From: Callorhinchus milii
Taxonomy: Eukaryota
Length of the DNA stretch: 64,000 nt
Reading direction: 5' to 3'
Assembly (NCBI RefSeq): GCF_018977255.1
Contig: NW_024704767.1
Location: 1-64,000 of the forward strand
Of this stretch, positions 32,119 to 46,689 are shown one piece after another. Numbering within the stretch: position 1 is the first letter of the stretch; each line of letters opens with the position of its first letter. The position numbers were made by a program, and so were the translations under genes. The notes beneath the pieces are model-generated. The model made no database searches. It saw only the letters and a program-made list of their open reading frames with translations, and had not been told where the DNA came from.

Positions 32119-35100
32119 TGATTTGAGAGATCGTTACACAGGAAATGTATTCCACCTCTGCACAGCTCTCTGCTCATACTAAGAAAGAAATTGATTGAAT
32201 ATCTGTGATAATTAGTAACCAATTGGCAATGCATTCCATCATGCATTCTACACCACTCCACCAGTCTAAATCAATCTGCTGTCGCACTTCGCCAAATTAC
32301 AGAAACTAAACAGCAACATCAAAATGAAATGTTTGCCAACAAGAGTCAGATTTGGGTTCAGACTGAAAAATGGAGGCACTTGATTTTAAAGAATACATAA
32401 AATAAAACACTCATGGTAATTATTTCCTCTCAGACCATCCTTGATAATAGACTGAACAAGTGTTAGTTTCTCTGAGCTCATCCTGTTTCCAAGTAGACCT
32501 CTGATGTGGTCAAATAAATCTGTCAGCTGCAAGCTAATTCCACTTTTATAATGTCCTTACGGAGTTAGATTGTGCTGAGTGGGATCATGACTAAGGCGGG
32601 GGTGCTGTGTCTAACGGTTGCCTGGACAATGTTTACAGCTGTCCCTGACACTTCAAACTCTACACAAATTGCCAAAGTGTATTTTTTGAGTGTCTGACAA
32701 GGTGACCTTTGCGCTCAGTTTCCCCACCCACATTGGAGGCCTGATAAAGAATTGCCCACAGTCCTTCCTCCACCCACCCAGTCCTGCACACTACCTCTCC
32801 ATCTCAAGACACAACCACGTATACTCTTTCGGCACATAAATGTGGAAAAAAATCATTATGAACTGCAACAAAATATAACTCAGGCTTCAAAGGGGAAATC
32901 TCACCAAGAAGACTTTAAGAAGTGTTACTGCTCTTGTTCCTGAAGCCATGAGTCACAGTGAGCAGGTATTTAATACTGATCTACAAGCAACGTCCTGACA
33001 GGATTGGATGCACATTTCAAGAATTGTCTAGGAAACCACTGAAATGCTACTTTTTTATGTAAAACCAATTCTCACTTAGATAGCATATATCCTGTAACAA
33101 CTTGCATATATACCCCTCACACAGGGATAGCGCCCCGGAGCGCTTAACAGTGGCGGAGCACGACACAGAGTCGCGGGGAGGGAGGAGGTGACCGTAAGCC
33201 CAATAGAAGAGGAAGGTCTTTAGTTGTGATCTAATAGAGGGGAAGTCCACTTTATAGAAGCAGACGTTTCAACAGAGTGACGAGTGCTTCACGTTGAGAC
33301 TCTCTGACAATCCCCCCTGTGTTTGTGGCTTCAGGAAACAACTGAAGTAAAAGGACCGCCACACGCATAACGCCTAAGGCTCGGAGCCAGCCTGAAACTG
33401 CTCCCGCTGTGCAACTAGCATTTTGGATCCATCTGATTGTTCTACATTAAAACATTCGACATTTTATATTAAAAAACATCCCATTAGATCCTTCCCCGGA
33501 GCCTGTGGTTTGAACACATGTGTTGGACATCTAGATGTTTTAGCAAGTGAGATTTTGTTGTCTCTCTCTCTCCCTTGTTAAATAAAGCCTGACGATCATG
33601 CTGTGGGGGCCAGTGAGGGAGGCAAAGGATCTTTCTGAGGTTGAAATGTCAAGCTCTGAAAATATCATCAGCAGAATTCCTGTGATTTTGTATGATTTTA
33701 AGGGGCAGCGAGGCAGAGAGAAACTGCATTTCATCTAAGATCTTAGCAATAGAACCTGTCAGAGAACAAGTCAGAAGCAAAACAAATCTTGTTTGACATC
33801 TTTTCCATACTCAGACTTCACAAGGTTTCAGGTTTTCTACTCACAAGATTCCCATAGGATGAGACTACTTTTTCCTCCTGTCACCACTATAATCCACAGA
33901 CTTTTCACAGGCCTAATCTAAAGACCATTGTCTTGAATTTTAAGATGATGCAAGCTTCTTGCAAAATAAATAAATTCAGTCTGAATTTGAAAGCTGGTTC
34001 ACTAAACTTCCCTTGAGAACCCGCCAGAACCCACCTTCCAAAATTAAAGCTGGTATTAAGAATTCTTCCAAACTGCTACATATTAAGATAATGGTCTTAA
34101 AGTTTCAATCATGCTAAATTTTGGTACTCAGAACTCTGTTCGCATTATTACTCTTCCCTCACAGATGCTCTGGTAATCTGTAGGGTTAACACTTGTTGGG
34201 TGCAATTGCCTGCTGTGTTTGGCCCACAAAATATACAGTCAATTCACTTTACAGTATATTCTGTGAAGCGCTTTGAGATGTCTGAACGACTATGATAAGG
34301 CGCTGTATCCAATGCAAGGATTATTATCATTAGTACCTCTGAAGTTCCCGCTCTCAGGGACAATGACAATTGGTGCAAAATTGGTTAATGTTCTTCGGTA
34401 AAAGCAGAAAATCATGAATCTATTCAGCCTCAATCAGCAATAAGTATTGATGGTGTTTGCAAGGAATGTGTGTGGTTTGGTTATTTTGGGTGATTGGACA
34501 GTTTCTCATGTTGGTGGTGGCTCGGTCGACTAACTTTGAGGGTCGAGGAAGAATTTTCTAGAGAACATTTTTCCCCCCTAGAATATGCTACGGTTTTATT
34601 GGGTTTTCGCCTTCCCTGGGAAGGGATTGAATGGCCAGCAATAGCAGAGGAGTGTTGGATAGGAGGTGGAAATGGGGAGACTGGAGCTGATTGATCTCTG
34701 GAACCATTTTCACTTTATACCATCCAGAACTGCCATTTCTTGCAAAGGGAATGTTACTGTACTGCCCATATGTATTTCTGATGTTGATTAAGATTGTTCT
34801 GATTCTTATAGTGTTTTGTGCTAATATCTTATTTGAAAAGAGAAGGTAGTTTCTCCCGGTGTCCTGGTCAATAAATCTCCAGATAAAATTTAACGTTCAC
34901 TTCATACCTGTTTGTGGTACATTGCTGTGTGTAAATTGTCTCCACATTAAAAATATAGCAATTCCATATGAAGTGTTTTGAGATGTTTTGACGTTATGGG
35001 CAACATTTCAAATCCAAAGATTATTGGTCGAAGGATTATTATTCTAGTTTTTGTAGTACTGTTTAGTTAAAGATCACGTACGATGAGTGAACGAGTTCAT

Positions 35101-38100
35101 TCAAAGAAATATGGACTACGGAGGCAAACACAGCTGTACTTTAATGGTCATTTATAAAACTTTTTGTGTCATCATTAGTCTCTCGAGTGAATGTAATCCA
35201 AGGAAGGAACTGAACTTTATAGAACCCAAGCTAGTAACTACCAAGCTACCAGACTTGTCTAAGAGCTGCAATGAATTCACCCTAAATGGGTTTTTACTAT
35301 GAAACCTGTTCAATATGAATTTTGGCATTTTCACAAGCGCACAGAGAAGACATAGATACTCTGGAATGTTAACCTGTTCTATACAATGGAAACGCTCTGC
35401 TCCCTGTAGGGACTCATATTGCCGTTTACTACAGACAAACTCAGTTTGGTACCTGGTAGAGTTCTGAAGGGCTCATTCATCTCAAAACGATGCACCTCAA
35501 ACAGAAGAGAGCGCTGAAGAGGGAAAATGTGCGAATGTGAACATTTCTATCATTTGAGATGAGTCTGTCAGCACAGCCTGTAAAATATCTCAATGGGATC
35601 CCTCTTTTGAGTCTCTGTGGGCTATTTTGCCTTTGGAAACATTTGAATCATACACAGTAATTTGAGATCCAAGTCATGGCAAAGAACCCAAATAGCAGAT
35701 GTCTTTTGCCATGAGAATAGGACCAGGTTGTTAATGTTTCTCGAAATGAAGTGAGTGATTTGTCACAATCAGACTGGAGGCGGTTATAAAACAATTGATT
35801 GAGAAACACAAAGCTTTGNAAAAAAATGTGTCTTTGGCCGAGACATCGGTTACTCACACATTCTAAGTGTAAAAGTTGATTTATTCACCAACAGATGTAG
35901 AAAATATACGCTTGCTGCCAAAGGTCAAGGTCCGTACGTTTACTGAATAAGCCTTCTTTTGTCTACTCAAAATGCACAAAATGGCTGCTGCGGTTGCCTT
36001 CAAAATGCAGTTACTGTAAAACCCTTTTCGAGACATTTTAATGTGATAAAAACACAAGTTCTTCCTCTTTAAGTCCCAACAGATATATCCAACCGTATTG
36101 AAGTGAGTCCCAAAGTTACTGTAAATGACACACGAGACTGAATGTGAATCAGAGTCCATTTATCTGCCGCAGAACCACTTGTAACAACAACCTCCTCGCA
36201 GCAATTTCAAGTGATGTTAAGGCCAAGCTTTGAGCCACATGCAAATAGTTTGTGAAATGCTTCTCCGTTTTACGACAGAAAAAGGGCAACTTTTTAAAGT
36301 TGTTGCGAATGAGATTTATTGAAAAAAGAAGTTGAAAAATCCAGATGGATGACCCTGCTCAATGAGCCATATCAATTCACTTACTCCAAGTGAGTGCAAA
36401 GCCAGACTCTAACAGCCACCGAGTATGAGATGGAATGTGAAAGTGCGCGACATGTGCGGCACGCTTGAAAGCTGACACGTCTGTGAGAGTTGTGACCTGC
36501 AGGCTGGTGTTCTGTCCCACGTATAAGGAGGGCTCAGAAGAATTAAAATTTAGGGCTAAAGACAAAGGGATCTTTACCTTCCTGCTGCTTTGGTTCTCCA
36601 CTGTCAAAGCTGTACCACGTAGGGTGGTCGTGCAGTATAGTCGGCGCTACCCAGTCGAAGGCATTCTAAGTTCAGAAATGCGAGGGTACAGATATCGGCC
36701 GAGAATTATTTTTTTTTAAATGGAAATGATTACGTCGTGACTGCACTCAAATTTCGTGGTTTTAGACAATAACTTTTTTTGAACGCCGAAATGAAACTGC
36801 TGTTTCTGCTCGTTTCAGTTTATTGCAATGTTTACTCTGTGTATGAAATGTCCATTGTAACAACGGGCGATGCTAATTAAATCAGTGACATGTGCTTAAA
36901 ACAAACTGCTACTCCCCTCTCCTATACTCGGCTATTCCTTAAACGCCTTATACACCTAAGACTTTATACAGTTTAATTAGACCATGTCTAAATTCTTTTA
37001 TAATATATCACTCCCCTTACACTCAATCTGTTTGAAGTGTGTTCTGATTCCTTCACAGTAATACATATCTAGCCCCTTTTCTATTCAGACTTGTTCTTGG
37101 CCTCACCCACTGATTACAATAGTCTTGGTGGAATCATTAATCGAAATGGAATTCATTATGTTAAGTTTTTCTCGACCATGCATTGAGAGCTGGAAGACTT
37201 TTGTGAAAGTCATAGTTTATAGCTTGGATTCCACAGTGTGTTCATTGTTAGGCCAATGCAATATGATGACATTGGCCGGGAACTCATTAGAGTGCTATTG
37301 AGGCAAAAGGCACTGCAATATTCAGATTTACAATGGTGCCAGTGATTTGAAAGGATATCATTTCTAATCTTTATTCTGCGCAAATACAAATACAATTTAA
37401 CTAACTTTCAAAGTGAGCAATATCGCCAGCGTAACTTTGAAGCTGACAATGCACTTTTGTCTGTTCTTTCACAAATGACAAAAGGCTTTAGTTAGAAGTG
37501 TCAATATTATATACAGTATTAAAAACAGTTCTCATTGAGAGCGAAATGGGTGGAAATTTGAGGAAATCCAAAGATAACATGACGTAATAGTGACATTAAC
37601 TGAATGGCAGTCAAAAACAGATCAACCCAGTGCCATTTTAGAACCCTAACTCAAGTCCATTCACTGGGAGCTCATAAGTTAAATTCAATGCTGTATTTGC
37701 CTGAACATACATAGCTTTGAAACAGTTGATGTTATAGGCGCTATATCAATTTTAATGAGCATTATATTTCGGTTTACAATCTGTAGGGTGAAGATTGCCA
37801 CATGTAATGTAATAGGTATCTGCAGTGATCATTATCACATCACATGTTGGGATTTGCACTCGGACTCAAACATTTTCAAGATCAGCCGTATGGTGTCAAT
37901 GCAAAAAGCAATCCACTGACACCAAACTGCAAGTTTAAGCACAATGTGAATATTTGTGTCTCTCACACTCAGTGAAAAATACAAAGGATACAAAGAACTG
38001 GAAATGAGCCTTGGAAAAGATGCAGCAGGATTTTATTTAGCTATATATTTCTATATATTGCTCGATAAACCAGGCGAGAAGATTTTGTCTTTTTCCATGC

Positions 38101-40940
38101 AGTCACTTAACTATTCTACAAAATACAGTAGAGCAATACCAAATGTATGTGGGTGAGAAATAAAAACTTCTGTTTTCAATGTAAGCACATAACTGTGTGT
38201 AATGATATATTTCCAAACACCCCGCTGTCCCAGACTGGGCCTGTGGGACTACAAAAACATCTGCAGCTGTTGGAAGCGTTTTGGACAATTCTGGCTCGAG
38301 TTTGACTTTCCTTAAAGATTAACATACGTGCTTTATATCTCAACCCAGCAAAGGCACAGCTTGATCTTCACAGGATGCAATAAACTGCAAAGAATTCCAT
38401 CACTTTTGCCTTTAGCTAGCAACACTGAAGGGCTCAGAATGATAAAACAACCATAAAATGTATTTTGCCTACTAAATACACTACCACTTTCCTCGATTCT
38501 GTGAAGCAATTTGAGACGCTTCAACACGATAAAGTGCTGTATCAAATTCACAGATTATTATTACTGCAGACCATAGGACTGTCAGCATTCAGCAATCTTG
38601 TCCTAACCCATATTGGCTCCTAAACAGTTTAATTGGTCACTGCTCAGTCAGGACAGATGAGCTCATAAAATCAAGAAAGTTTCAGAGTGCAATAAATGGC
38701 ACCTTAACATAACAGCCTTCAGTTAACCAATTTCAAAGTTATTCAACAGTCTTTCATGTACTGAAAACATTCAGTGACGGTCAATAATCCAAAATTAATG
38801 ACCAAATCACTTCACGTTCAGATAGTGTCAACGAGTCTCACTTTGTGAGGATCTCTCATTCGAACAACAGGCATTGATGGAGAGAGCAGAGTGCATTCAT
38901 TTAGTCAAAGCTTGCAAGGTCAGACACAGAGCCAGGAACCCTGGGCAGGGTGCAATTGCTTCCATTTTACAATGCAACTGCAGCCAAGGATCACAAATGA
39001 AACAGCGGCATTAAATAACTGATTGGTGAGTCTGCTTGAGTAAGGAACCGCTCTGAGGACATTGGCATCGAACAATAAAACAGCAGTGCTCCATTTCGCA
39101 ATGGAAATGCAAAGCTAGGTTACAGTGTAGTTTCTACATAAACGTTGAAGTAATCCGGCAGATTTACCCGCAGGACATGGAGGCTGTAAAAATGGATTCG
39201 CAGGTTGTGCAAAACTAAACTTACTCTCGTGGATTAGTAATTTCTTAAATGTGGAACAATAGAACATCGGACATTTCAGCTGACCATCACTCAATTAAAT
39301 AAACAATTAAACAATCAGGCTAGAATAGGCATGTGTAAAGACAACACAATAAAGTTGCTGGGACATCTTGAGTGCTTAAAGTAACAGGAAAGTTTCAAAA
39401 GCTTCATACAGAAGTTTATTTGGTTATTTTCTGGCAAGTTACAGTGAAACCGGACTCACAATTAACATTGAACTGAAAGTAGCGGTTTTCAAAGAGATCA
39501 AAACAACTACAGGAAATAACTGTAAAGGTCTGAATAGCCTGGAAAACATCCACAATGTAGCAATCACCTGTATTTATCTTTATGTACAGTAAATATCAAA
39601 AATATTTATTCTAAGTGTTAGTGTGGCGAGGTTAGTACAATGCTTGCTCATTTTGGAGGTCTGTCTTTGAATCCAGCTTGAACAGAGTGCGCGAAAATCC
39701 TCTCTTTGTTCGCGATATAAATGGAATGAGGTTGAGGCAGTCTCATTCCGGAGAATCAAATAAAACAATTGCTCAAAAGTCATTGCAAACATTCCATCCT
39801 GCTCAGCGCTAATAAGGATGATGGAATGGACAAATGGGGGACAAAAATTCACACAGGGGGAGTGCTCGACTGAGATTTACAGTTAAGGCACCTTTTTGCT
39901 TTGGTGGCCGACATTGCCTACTCAAAACCGTCATTACACTTGACAGTAACTACCCGTGAAGCACTTTGGGATGCAGCGTTCACCAAAAAACAGTCAAGTG
40001 CGAGTTTTATTGTGCATAAAACACATGCTACGCTTCACACCTCTGTCAAGCCTTCAGAAGGCTAATCGGACTGTTTGATCGTGACAGATAGAATATGTAC
40101 ACCATCCAGAATGATGGATCCTTCAAACAATGGATGCTTCTCAAAGCTCTTTGTAAGTTCGGTAAACAGGCAAAATCTGAATAAGCAGGTATTGTATTCA
40201 AAGATAACAAGGGTTTAGGTTAACCTGTTTGGATTTAGTGTCACAAAATTGAACAACAGATCAGCAATATGAGGAACTTTGTATGACATTCAAGAAATAC
40301 ACCTTAAAATACAGTATAACAAGTGTTGAAGAACTCACACTACCCCCTCAATGCATCTCTCTCTAAACCCAATAACCGTGAATCCTTTGGTTGACATGCA
40401 TTGTCTGGTTCCTTTCTGAAACTCTTTATTGTTTTAAATACCATAGAAGATAATTATAGACCAACTCCGTTAGCAGAAACACCCTGGTTTCTGGAGCTGC
40501 AGAATCATTGCTGTCTGAGTCCCCAATCCAGCACCTGTTAAAGTTTAATCTATGTCTCCGCACAATAAATTTTTAATGCTGTTAATAAACTGGTTACTCA
40601 ATATGGTGGTATCGTGCCAGCACTTCAGCCATCAGCCAGACATCAAATTATCTTCACAGTGCAAGTCAGAGCCAAGATACAAACCATCGTCAATAATTTA
40701 TTCTCTCTCTGTGCTCACAAAATTATTTAATGCTGACTGCATTTTAAAAAGATCTGTAGAAAGGTATCGGAGTTCAGGCTCTGTGTAAAATCAGTTTATA
40801 ATTCATACTGAACAGTATAAAATTCAACATAGCCCTGCCAAGAAGAGTCTTGAATTACAAGACAACGTGGCAGGTCAAACACTCCAGCTACAGTATTATT
40901 CTGCAGCAACATGGTGGTCAGAGTTTATAGCCACACATCA

Positions 40941-41320
40941 TAATAATAATCCTTGCATTTGATATAGCGTCTTGTCACATCACCGAGACGTTTCAAAGTG
41001 CTTCACAGAATACAATGTAAAGCGAATTGACTGTATATTTTGTGGGCGAAACGGGCCAGCCAATTGCGCACAGCAGTGTCTCACAAACAGTCATGAATTG
41101 AGTGACATTATTATTTTATTGATTTATTTATTTATGAAGGGAGTATTAACCCCCGAAAACGATCCGCCAATCAATTAGCCACCAGACTTCTACTTACTGC
41201 TAGGTAAACAGAGGCATGTGAAGTAAGGAAACTTGCCCAACATTTCTCTCTGCCTGGGAATCAAACTCAGATCCTCTTGCTTGCGAGGCGTGTGCTCTAA
41301 CCACTAAGCTACATGACTCC
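40941..41320 (-). mobile_element. Near full-length Deu-domain SINE (long subfamily)
   Basis: (TAA)n tail, Deu core, middle block and tRNA head ending CTCTAACCACTAAGCTACATGACTCC. Confidence 0.88.
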
Positions 41321-42727
41321 ACAAACAGTCATAACATAGCACAAGGCTATGTAAAAGGGCTTGGTATTAAATCTGTTAGGCTTTTTTGTTTCTTTCTGGC
41401 CAATTTATTCTCCCCTGCTCTCCTGAGGGACTCAGATACTTTGCTGTTTACAGTTCTGTAACAAAAACAAATTGCATTTATAGAGTGCCTTTCACACTGG
41501 GAAGACGTCCCAAGGCGCTGAAGCTGCTATAGGCCCTAACTGTCCTCTAAAATCTTACTCAATAGTTGCGCTTCATGTGTCAACTTAATACAGGGAGCGT
41601 TGGTGGTTCTTCAACCACGAGAGTGCATCATAGCCAAGCCTAACCTTGTTGTCATCTGATGTATTGCTCTTTGGCAAGCATATTTTGAAGCTAAGCATTT
41701 ATATTTGAGCAGTGGGGGACTGCTGACCATCAAGTTAAGTAGGCTGTTCTTTCTGGCTTCTGGCTGTTTTACTGCCTGTTGATATCACTCCCCGAAAACC
41801 ATGAACATTGATGTTGATTAAAAAAATCCTGGGATGTGATGGCCTTGTGATCAATCGCACTTAAGTGTTTCAATACAATGGTACAACGATACATAACATA
41901 CTGCAATATTTCACACTGCACCCTCACTTTATTTACTCACAACACGTGTTTGTGTTACATTTGAGGTTTAGAAAGTAGCAGTGACAAAACAAACAACAGA
42001 AAGACCGATAGTGAGTTAGTGCTTCTGCTTTAACAGCAGAGTACCTGTTACATTTCATGCAGACATTGCGAAGAACAGACGAAGCAAAAACACCTTAGCT
42101 ATTCCTGTAGAAATATTTGTCAACACAAGGTGCGTCGTACAACTGAGAGGCTACAGTTGAAGGCCCAGACACTGTCCTTATCTTGGGCTGCAGTGGTCTC
42201 TCCTCTCTCCAAAGGCTGTCCTAGGCCAGAAAGCAATGAAGTGACAGTCAGTAACAGATAAACTCCCAAAACTATAGGTGTGCCATTTGGATCTGAGAGT
42301 TGTCTTCCAAGTTAAGTTACCGCCAAGGCTGGTAGTCGAAGTGCAAAAGATACATGATCCTATGCCTGAATCATGTTTAGTATAGTATTAGTACCTGACG
42401 GAAAGCTGGGGAGAAAAGAGTTCCATTTCCCAGCACAATTAGTCCTGAAACGTTAAAATACAGAAAAGTACTAAAAATGCCCTGGAATTGTGGTGGTACT
42501 TCATCTATTTCGAACTAAGTGCAGCGTAAAAGTTGGGAGCAGAACAGCTGTGGGGCTGGAAATACAAATCGATAATGTTCTTGGCACAAGAATTTGTCAA
42601 CAGAATTTGGTAAGTTATTATTGGTCCACGCACGCACCTTTCTGGAACAGTGGTATCTAAGGCATCAGGTGGAGACAGCAGTGCATGAAAAAGTCTCAAG
42701 TCAGCAGACAAAGCTGCGGGAATAAGT

Positions 42728-45700
42728 TCATCTCTTTGACTCGAGGAGTCGATTCCAGTAAAACTGGAAGGCTGGCGAGTTACAGGCACCGATAATGATC
42801 AGGAGCAACAAATACATCATCATCATGACTATGAAACGATGCCGGGAGATCCAAGAGGGTCGCTTTGTGGCTCTGGAACAACGACACAGAGAGTTATACA
42901 AACCACGGGAGGCAAATGGTTTTGTGTGTTAGATTTTTTTTAAAAAAAGAACATATTGAAGTTTTTTTCAAAAAAACATTACGTCTGAAATTGTTTGGTA
43001 TACATTACAATGGTATACGTATTTTACGGTTTATTAAAGATTTTATTTTTCTTAGGGTAAATGACCCTTTCAGTGTCACATCAAATACAACATGCAAGAA
43101 AGTGGTATTTACCTTCTTCGATGGAGTTTTTCAGAATAAATTAACAGATATTTCACTCTTAGAAGCTGGTTATTTGTGACCACAAAGTATTTTTGTGGGA
43201 CATCACCCCCTTCGCTGTTTTTCACCCTCGCTCTTCTTCTGTCAATGCCGCCTGCATCTGGACAAACGAACAGCAAAATAGGCTTGCACCTCAATGGAGA
43301 ATATACAGAACATTTCATATAATACTGCATAATTGAATATAATAAGGGACAACTGAAAAAAAAACCCACTATCTCCAACATTTCTCTTAAAATAGCGTGG
43401 AGGAGTAGGAAATTGCACATCACCTCCACATTGAATTTTTCTTTTGTCTGGAATGTATTGCATACTCACTCTCTGGAGGGACACACCCTGCTTTACCTAA
43501 TGTCCAGTAAATATTAGTTGCTGGGTTGGTAAGAGCCATGCCTTAGGCATCTCAGGTTTAATTTAAGATAAGTCTAACAGCACATCAGTCATTTTGCTTG
43601 TGAACCATGTATCTAATGATTGAAAATAAATAATAATTGCTACCTTTTCCTTTCACTTGACACTTAACATCTGGATGGTCAATTATCTCACAAACAGCGA
43701 CACAGCTAAGGAGGGGTCCCAATAGGCTCTGGTGCCATCCGTTACCATGAGGGCTGTAGAGAAGTGCCAAACTCAGATCACTGGTCAGGTAGGTTCCTTC
43801 ACCAAAAAGAGAAGTCTAGAAAGAAAAGAACAACAGTTGAAAGAGACACCACCAAGGTTTCATTTAAATCAAAAACAAAACTAAATTGAGACTTTCACTA
43901 TCAGTTTTGTTTATGGTATGGGCTGATTCTCTGGTGGATTCCTGGGGGAAGCTACATTGTCAAGATTTGCTGTTCTTGGATCAAACATTAAACTTAGGTC
44001 CAATTTGCCTGTATAGGCGGACGTTAAAGATCACATGTGAGGATTCGAAAAGAGAATGGAGTTTTTCCTGGTATCCTGGCCAACAACCTCCAAATAGAAT
44101 GGTGTCATTCACTTCATGGTTATGGGAACTTACTGTGCGTAAAACCAAGCATAAAGGATGTAGTGAAGAGGAAAGGGTCAACACTGTCTAAGCAACTGCA
44201 GATAAAGTGCGGAATAGAGGTGATACACATATTTCTACTCTTCTAATAAGTAGCATAACCTTGCAGCACAACTAAGGTCACGATGCGACCAAACCTACTC
44301 AGATTTCTGCCCAATATTTTATTCTCCACTTTTAATGGAAAGTTGCTTTAAATAAACAATGTTCACCACATGCACGGAAGTTACTATGCAAGTCGAATTA
44401 CTGACCTTGTTGAGGTGACACTGCAGGCCACTGTGAACGATGGAATAAAAGTTCTCAAGCCGGCTTCCGTGAAATGCATAGATAACACCTTGGTCTCCCT
44501 TGGTTTCCTCAAACTTGGCATTCATCTGATCACAGTAGATGATCTCAAACAGGTAGTCAGGGACAGCAGCAGTAGATGCGGTGATCCTGGTGAGTTCCTG
44601 GATTTCTTCATACTACGTCACAAAGAAAATCACAGAAAGAATATCAAACCACAAATCCTGATTTCGCAATGGTGGGGGGTGGGGGGGGGGGTTGTTAGGT
44701 TACAGACTTATTTCACTTCATGCCTCTGATATCTCCCCAAAAGTACTGTTCCCGACCAAACAGCAGTTGGAAAAAACAGACATTTCTAAGTGTTGGTACA
44801 ACAGCAGTGTTGCAAACTCACCTTTCACGTGGGTGCCTCCTTCCGACATTAAAGGCGTTGTACGAATGTAATTTTGTTGTTGTGGTTCAAGGCACTTGAC
44901 TTACAAATGCGGCCTGAAAAAAATGGTTAACCGCTTCTTCTTTTCTCTCTTCTCCTACGGTCATCCCTCCTCCACCCCACCCAACCCCAGGTGCCAATTC
45001 TAGTCTCGCTTCTTATCAAGTTTGAACAAAGCTTTCGGCGGAGGGGGAAGTGATTCTTACCTCTTCCTTTGGCAGGCTTTTGATGCTCAGATTTTTTGAC
45101 AAACAGACCCAGCTTAGAAGTTCCAGGGTTCTATCACGTGGGACAATACCAGAATGCAGCAGCTGTTTTAAGTTTGGCAGGTCCTGGGCATCGGCAAGCT
45201 ACGGAAAGACACAACTTTTAGTTCACAAACAAACGTGACCCCAATGGTGTCCTTTACAACTCCAGTGTCTTCAAGATCAACCGCTTGACAGCAACAAAAA
45301 AAAACCCACTAACAAAGCAAACTTTGTTAGGAGTAGGAGCCCGGTTGTTAGTCGGACTGGCGGATCGCTTTGCCAGAAGGCGGGGAGGGGGCAGAAGGAA
45401 TAGTTCCTTACAAAAAAATGATAACAACAAATTGGGGGTCACTCGATCCACGACTGCTCGTGGGAGGGACGTCGCTGTGCGCGGTCGTCTCGCGCACTGC
45501 GCCCGCACGTCGCGCAGTCAACTAAACTAAACTGCACGGCGCGGGACGTCCCGCGAGGCGCTTCGAGACGTCGCGGAGACCCGACGGGTGGGGCGCCCGG
45601 GACCCGTTGAACGCAGAGGAAGATTATTAGTGTCATTTGATAGACGATAATAATATTATACGATACATCTCTCCCCACACACACACACACAGGATATCCA

Positions 45701-45942
45701 TTGGGTATAACTCCCCCAAAGGCCCGAGAGAGAGACCCCTGAGGCCTTGGCCCACTCACCAGAGCATCGAAGTCCTTGCTGTCGCGGCTGATGTAGGCGG
45801 AGGGGAAGGGCCTGAGCACCGAGTCCCGCCGGTAGCTCTGCAGGGCGGAGACGAAGAGGCTGCACTTGAGGTCGGCGGCCACCAGGTCCCTCCTCAGGTT
45901 CCCCTCCACCGCCTCCCCGAGCTGCCGCCGCCGCTGCTGCAT
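42728..45942 (-). CDS. PARP16: Mono-ADP-ribosyltransferase PARP16 (ARTD15), 6 coding exons, 329 aa, C-terminal transmembrane anchor
   Basis: In-frame GT-AG exons 45760-45942, 45061-45198, 44406-44612, 43644-43815, 43113-43257, 42728-42872 (TGA). Motifs [76 protein letters not shown] (H-Y-Y triad) and tail [16 protein letters not shown]. Confidence 0.96.
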
Positions 45943-45949
45943 CGATAGC

Positions 45950-46190
45950 CCTTTGGGAAGCGGGACAGGCCGACTGCACCGCACCACCACCACCACCACC
46001 CCCCGGCCCGGCCCCGCCCCGCCCCGCCCGCGCTGACAGCACCAAAGGCCGCGGCCGCCCAGGTAACCGTCGACCATCCACCACCGCCGCCGCCGCCGCC
46101 GTACACATACGTCACGTCCGCTTCCGGCGCTAGCTCCACCCCCACCGTAACCATGGCTACGCCAAGCCACAAATGCCCCGCCCCTCTCCC
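45950..46190. promoter_or_regulatory. CpG-island promoter of PARP16, possibly shared with the divergent kinase gene
   Basis: CCCCGCCC GC boxes near 46012-46029 and 46176-46183; ACGTCACGT (CRE-like) and CTTCCGG (ETS) near 46109-46127; high CpG density. Confidence 0.65.
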
Positions 46191-46254
46191 CTCAGCTGGA
46201 AGCTCTGTGGTAATATATAGTATGGATGGAAATCATTAATATATACACATATAT

Positions 46255-46569
46255 AATAATAATAATAATCATAATCCTCGCATTTGATACAGCGCTTTTC
46301 ACGTCGGGAGGACGTCCCAAAGCGCTTCACAGAACACACTGTAAAGTGAATTGACTGTATATTTGTGGGCGAACGCGGCGGCCGATTGCGCACAGCAATG
46401 TCCCACAAACAGTCGTAGATTGAAAATGACCAATTTATTATTGTTGTTGGTTTTGGAGGATTATTATTAGGCTCTGTGTGGAGTGGACTGCCCAGGTTTC
46501 GCCTCTGCTGGAATTGACTCAGGTCTCTCCTCGCAAACGAGTGCTCTAACCACTGAGCTACAGGACTCC
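46255..46569 (-). mobile_element. Near-consensus full-length Deu-domain SINE (short subfamily)
   Basis: Tail, core and head GGAGTCCTGTAGCTCAGTGGTTAGAGC on the minus strand. Confidence 0.88.
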
Positions 46570-46689
46570 ACGAGGTATATATCTGTAGATCATCGTACAC
46601 TCGCTGAAGTTGGTCGTGGACTTTGTGGCCTTTCTTTTTCGGCGGTCGCCGCCCGCCAATAATAACAGTTCCCGATAACGATCACCATG

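Noticed and set aside
35819-35819. Single ambiguous base N
   Set aside because: Assembly ambiguity beside an A homopolymer, not a biological feature
23300-42700. An additional protein-coding gene between CILP and PARP16
   Set aside because: The short ORFs show no domain motifs or phase-consistent exon chain, and many are SINE translations
45943-46170. N-terminal extension of PARP16 suggested by ORF 45439-46170
   Set aside because: Low-complexity GC-rich promoter/UTR sequence; PARP16 similarity begins at the ATG at 45942
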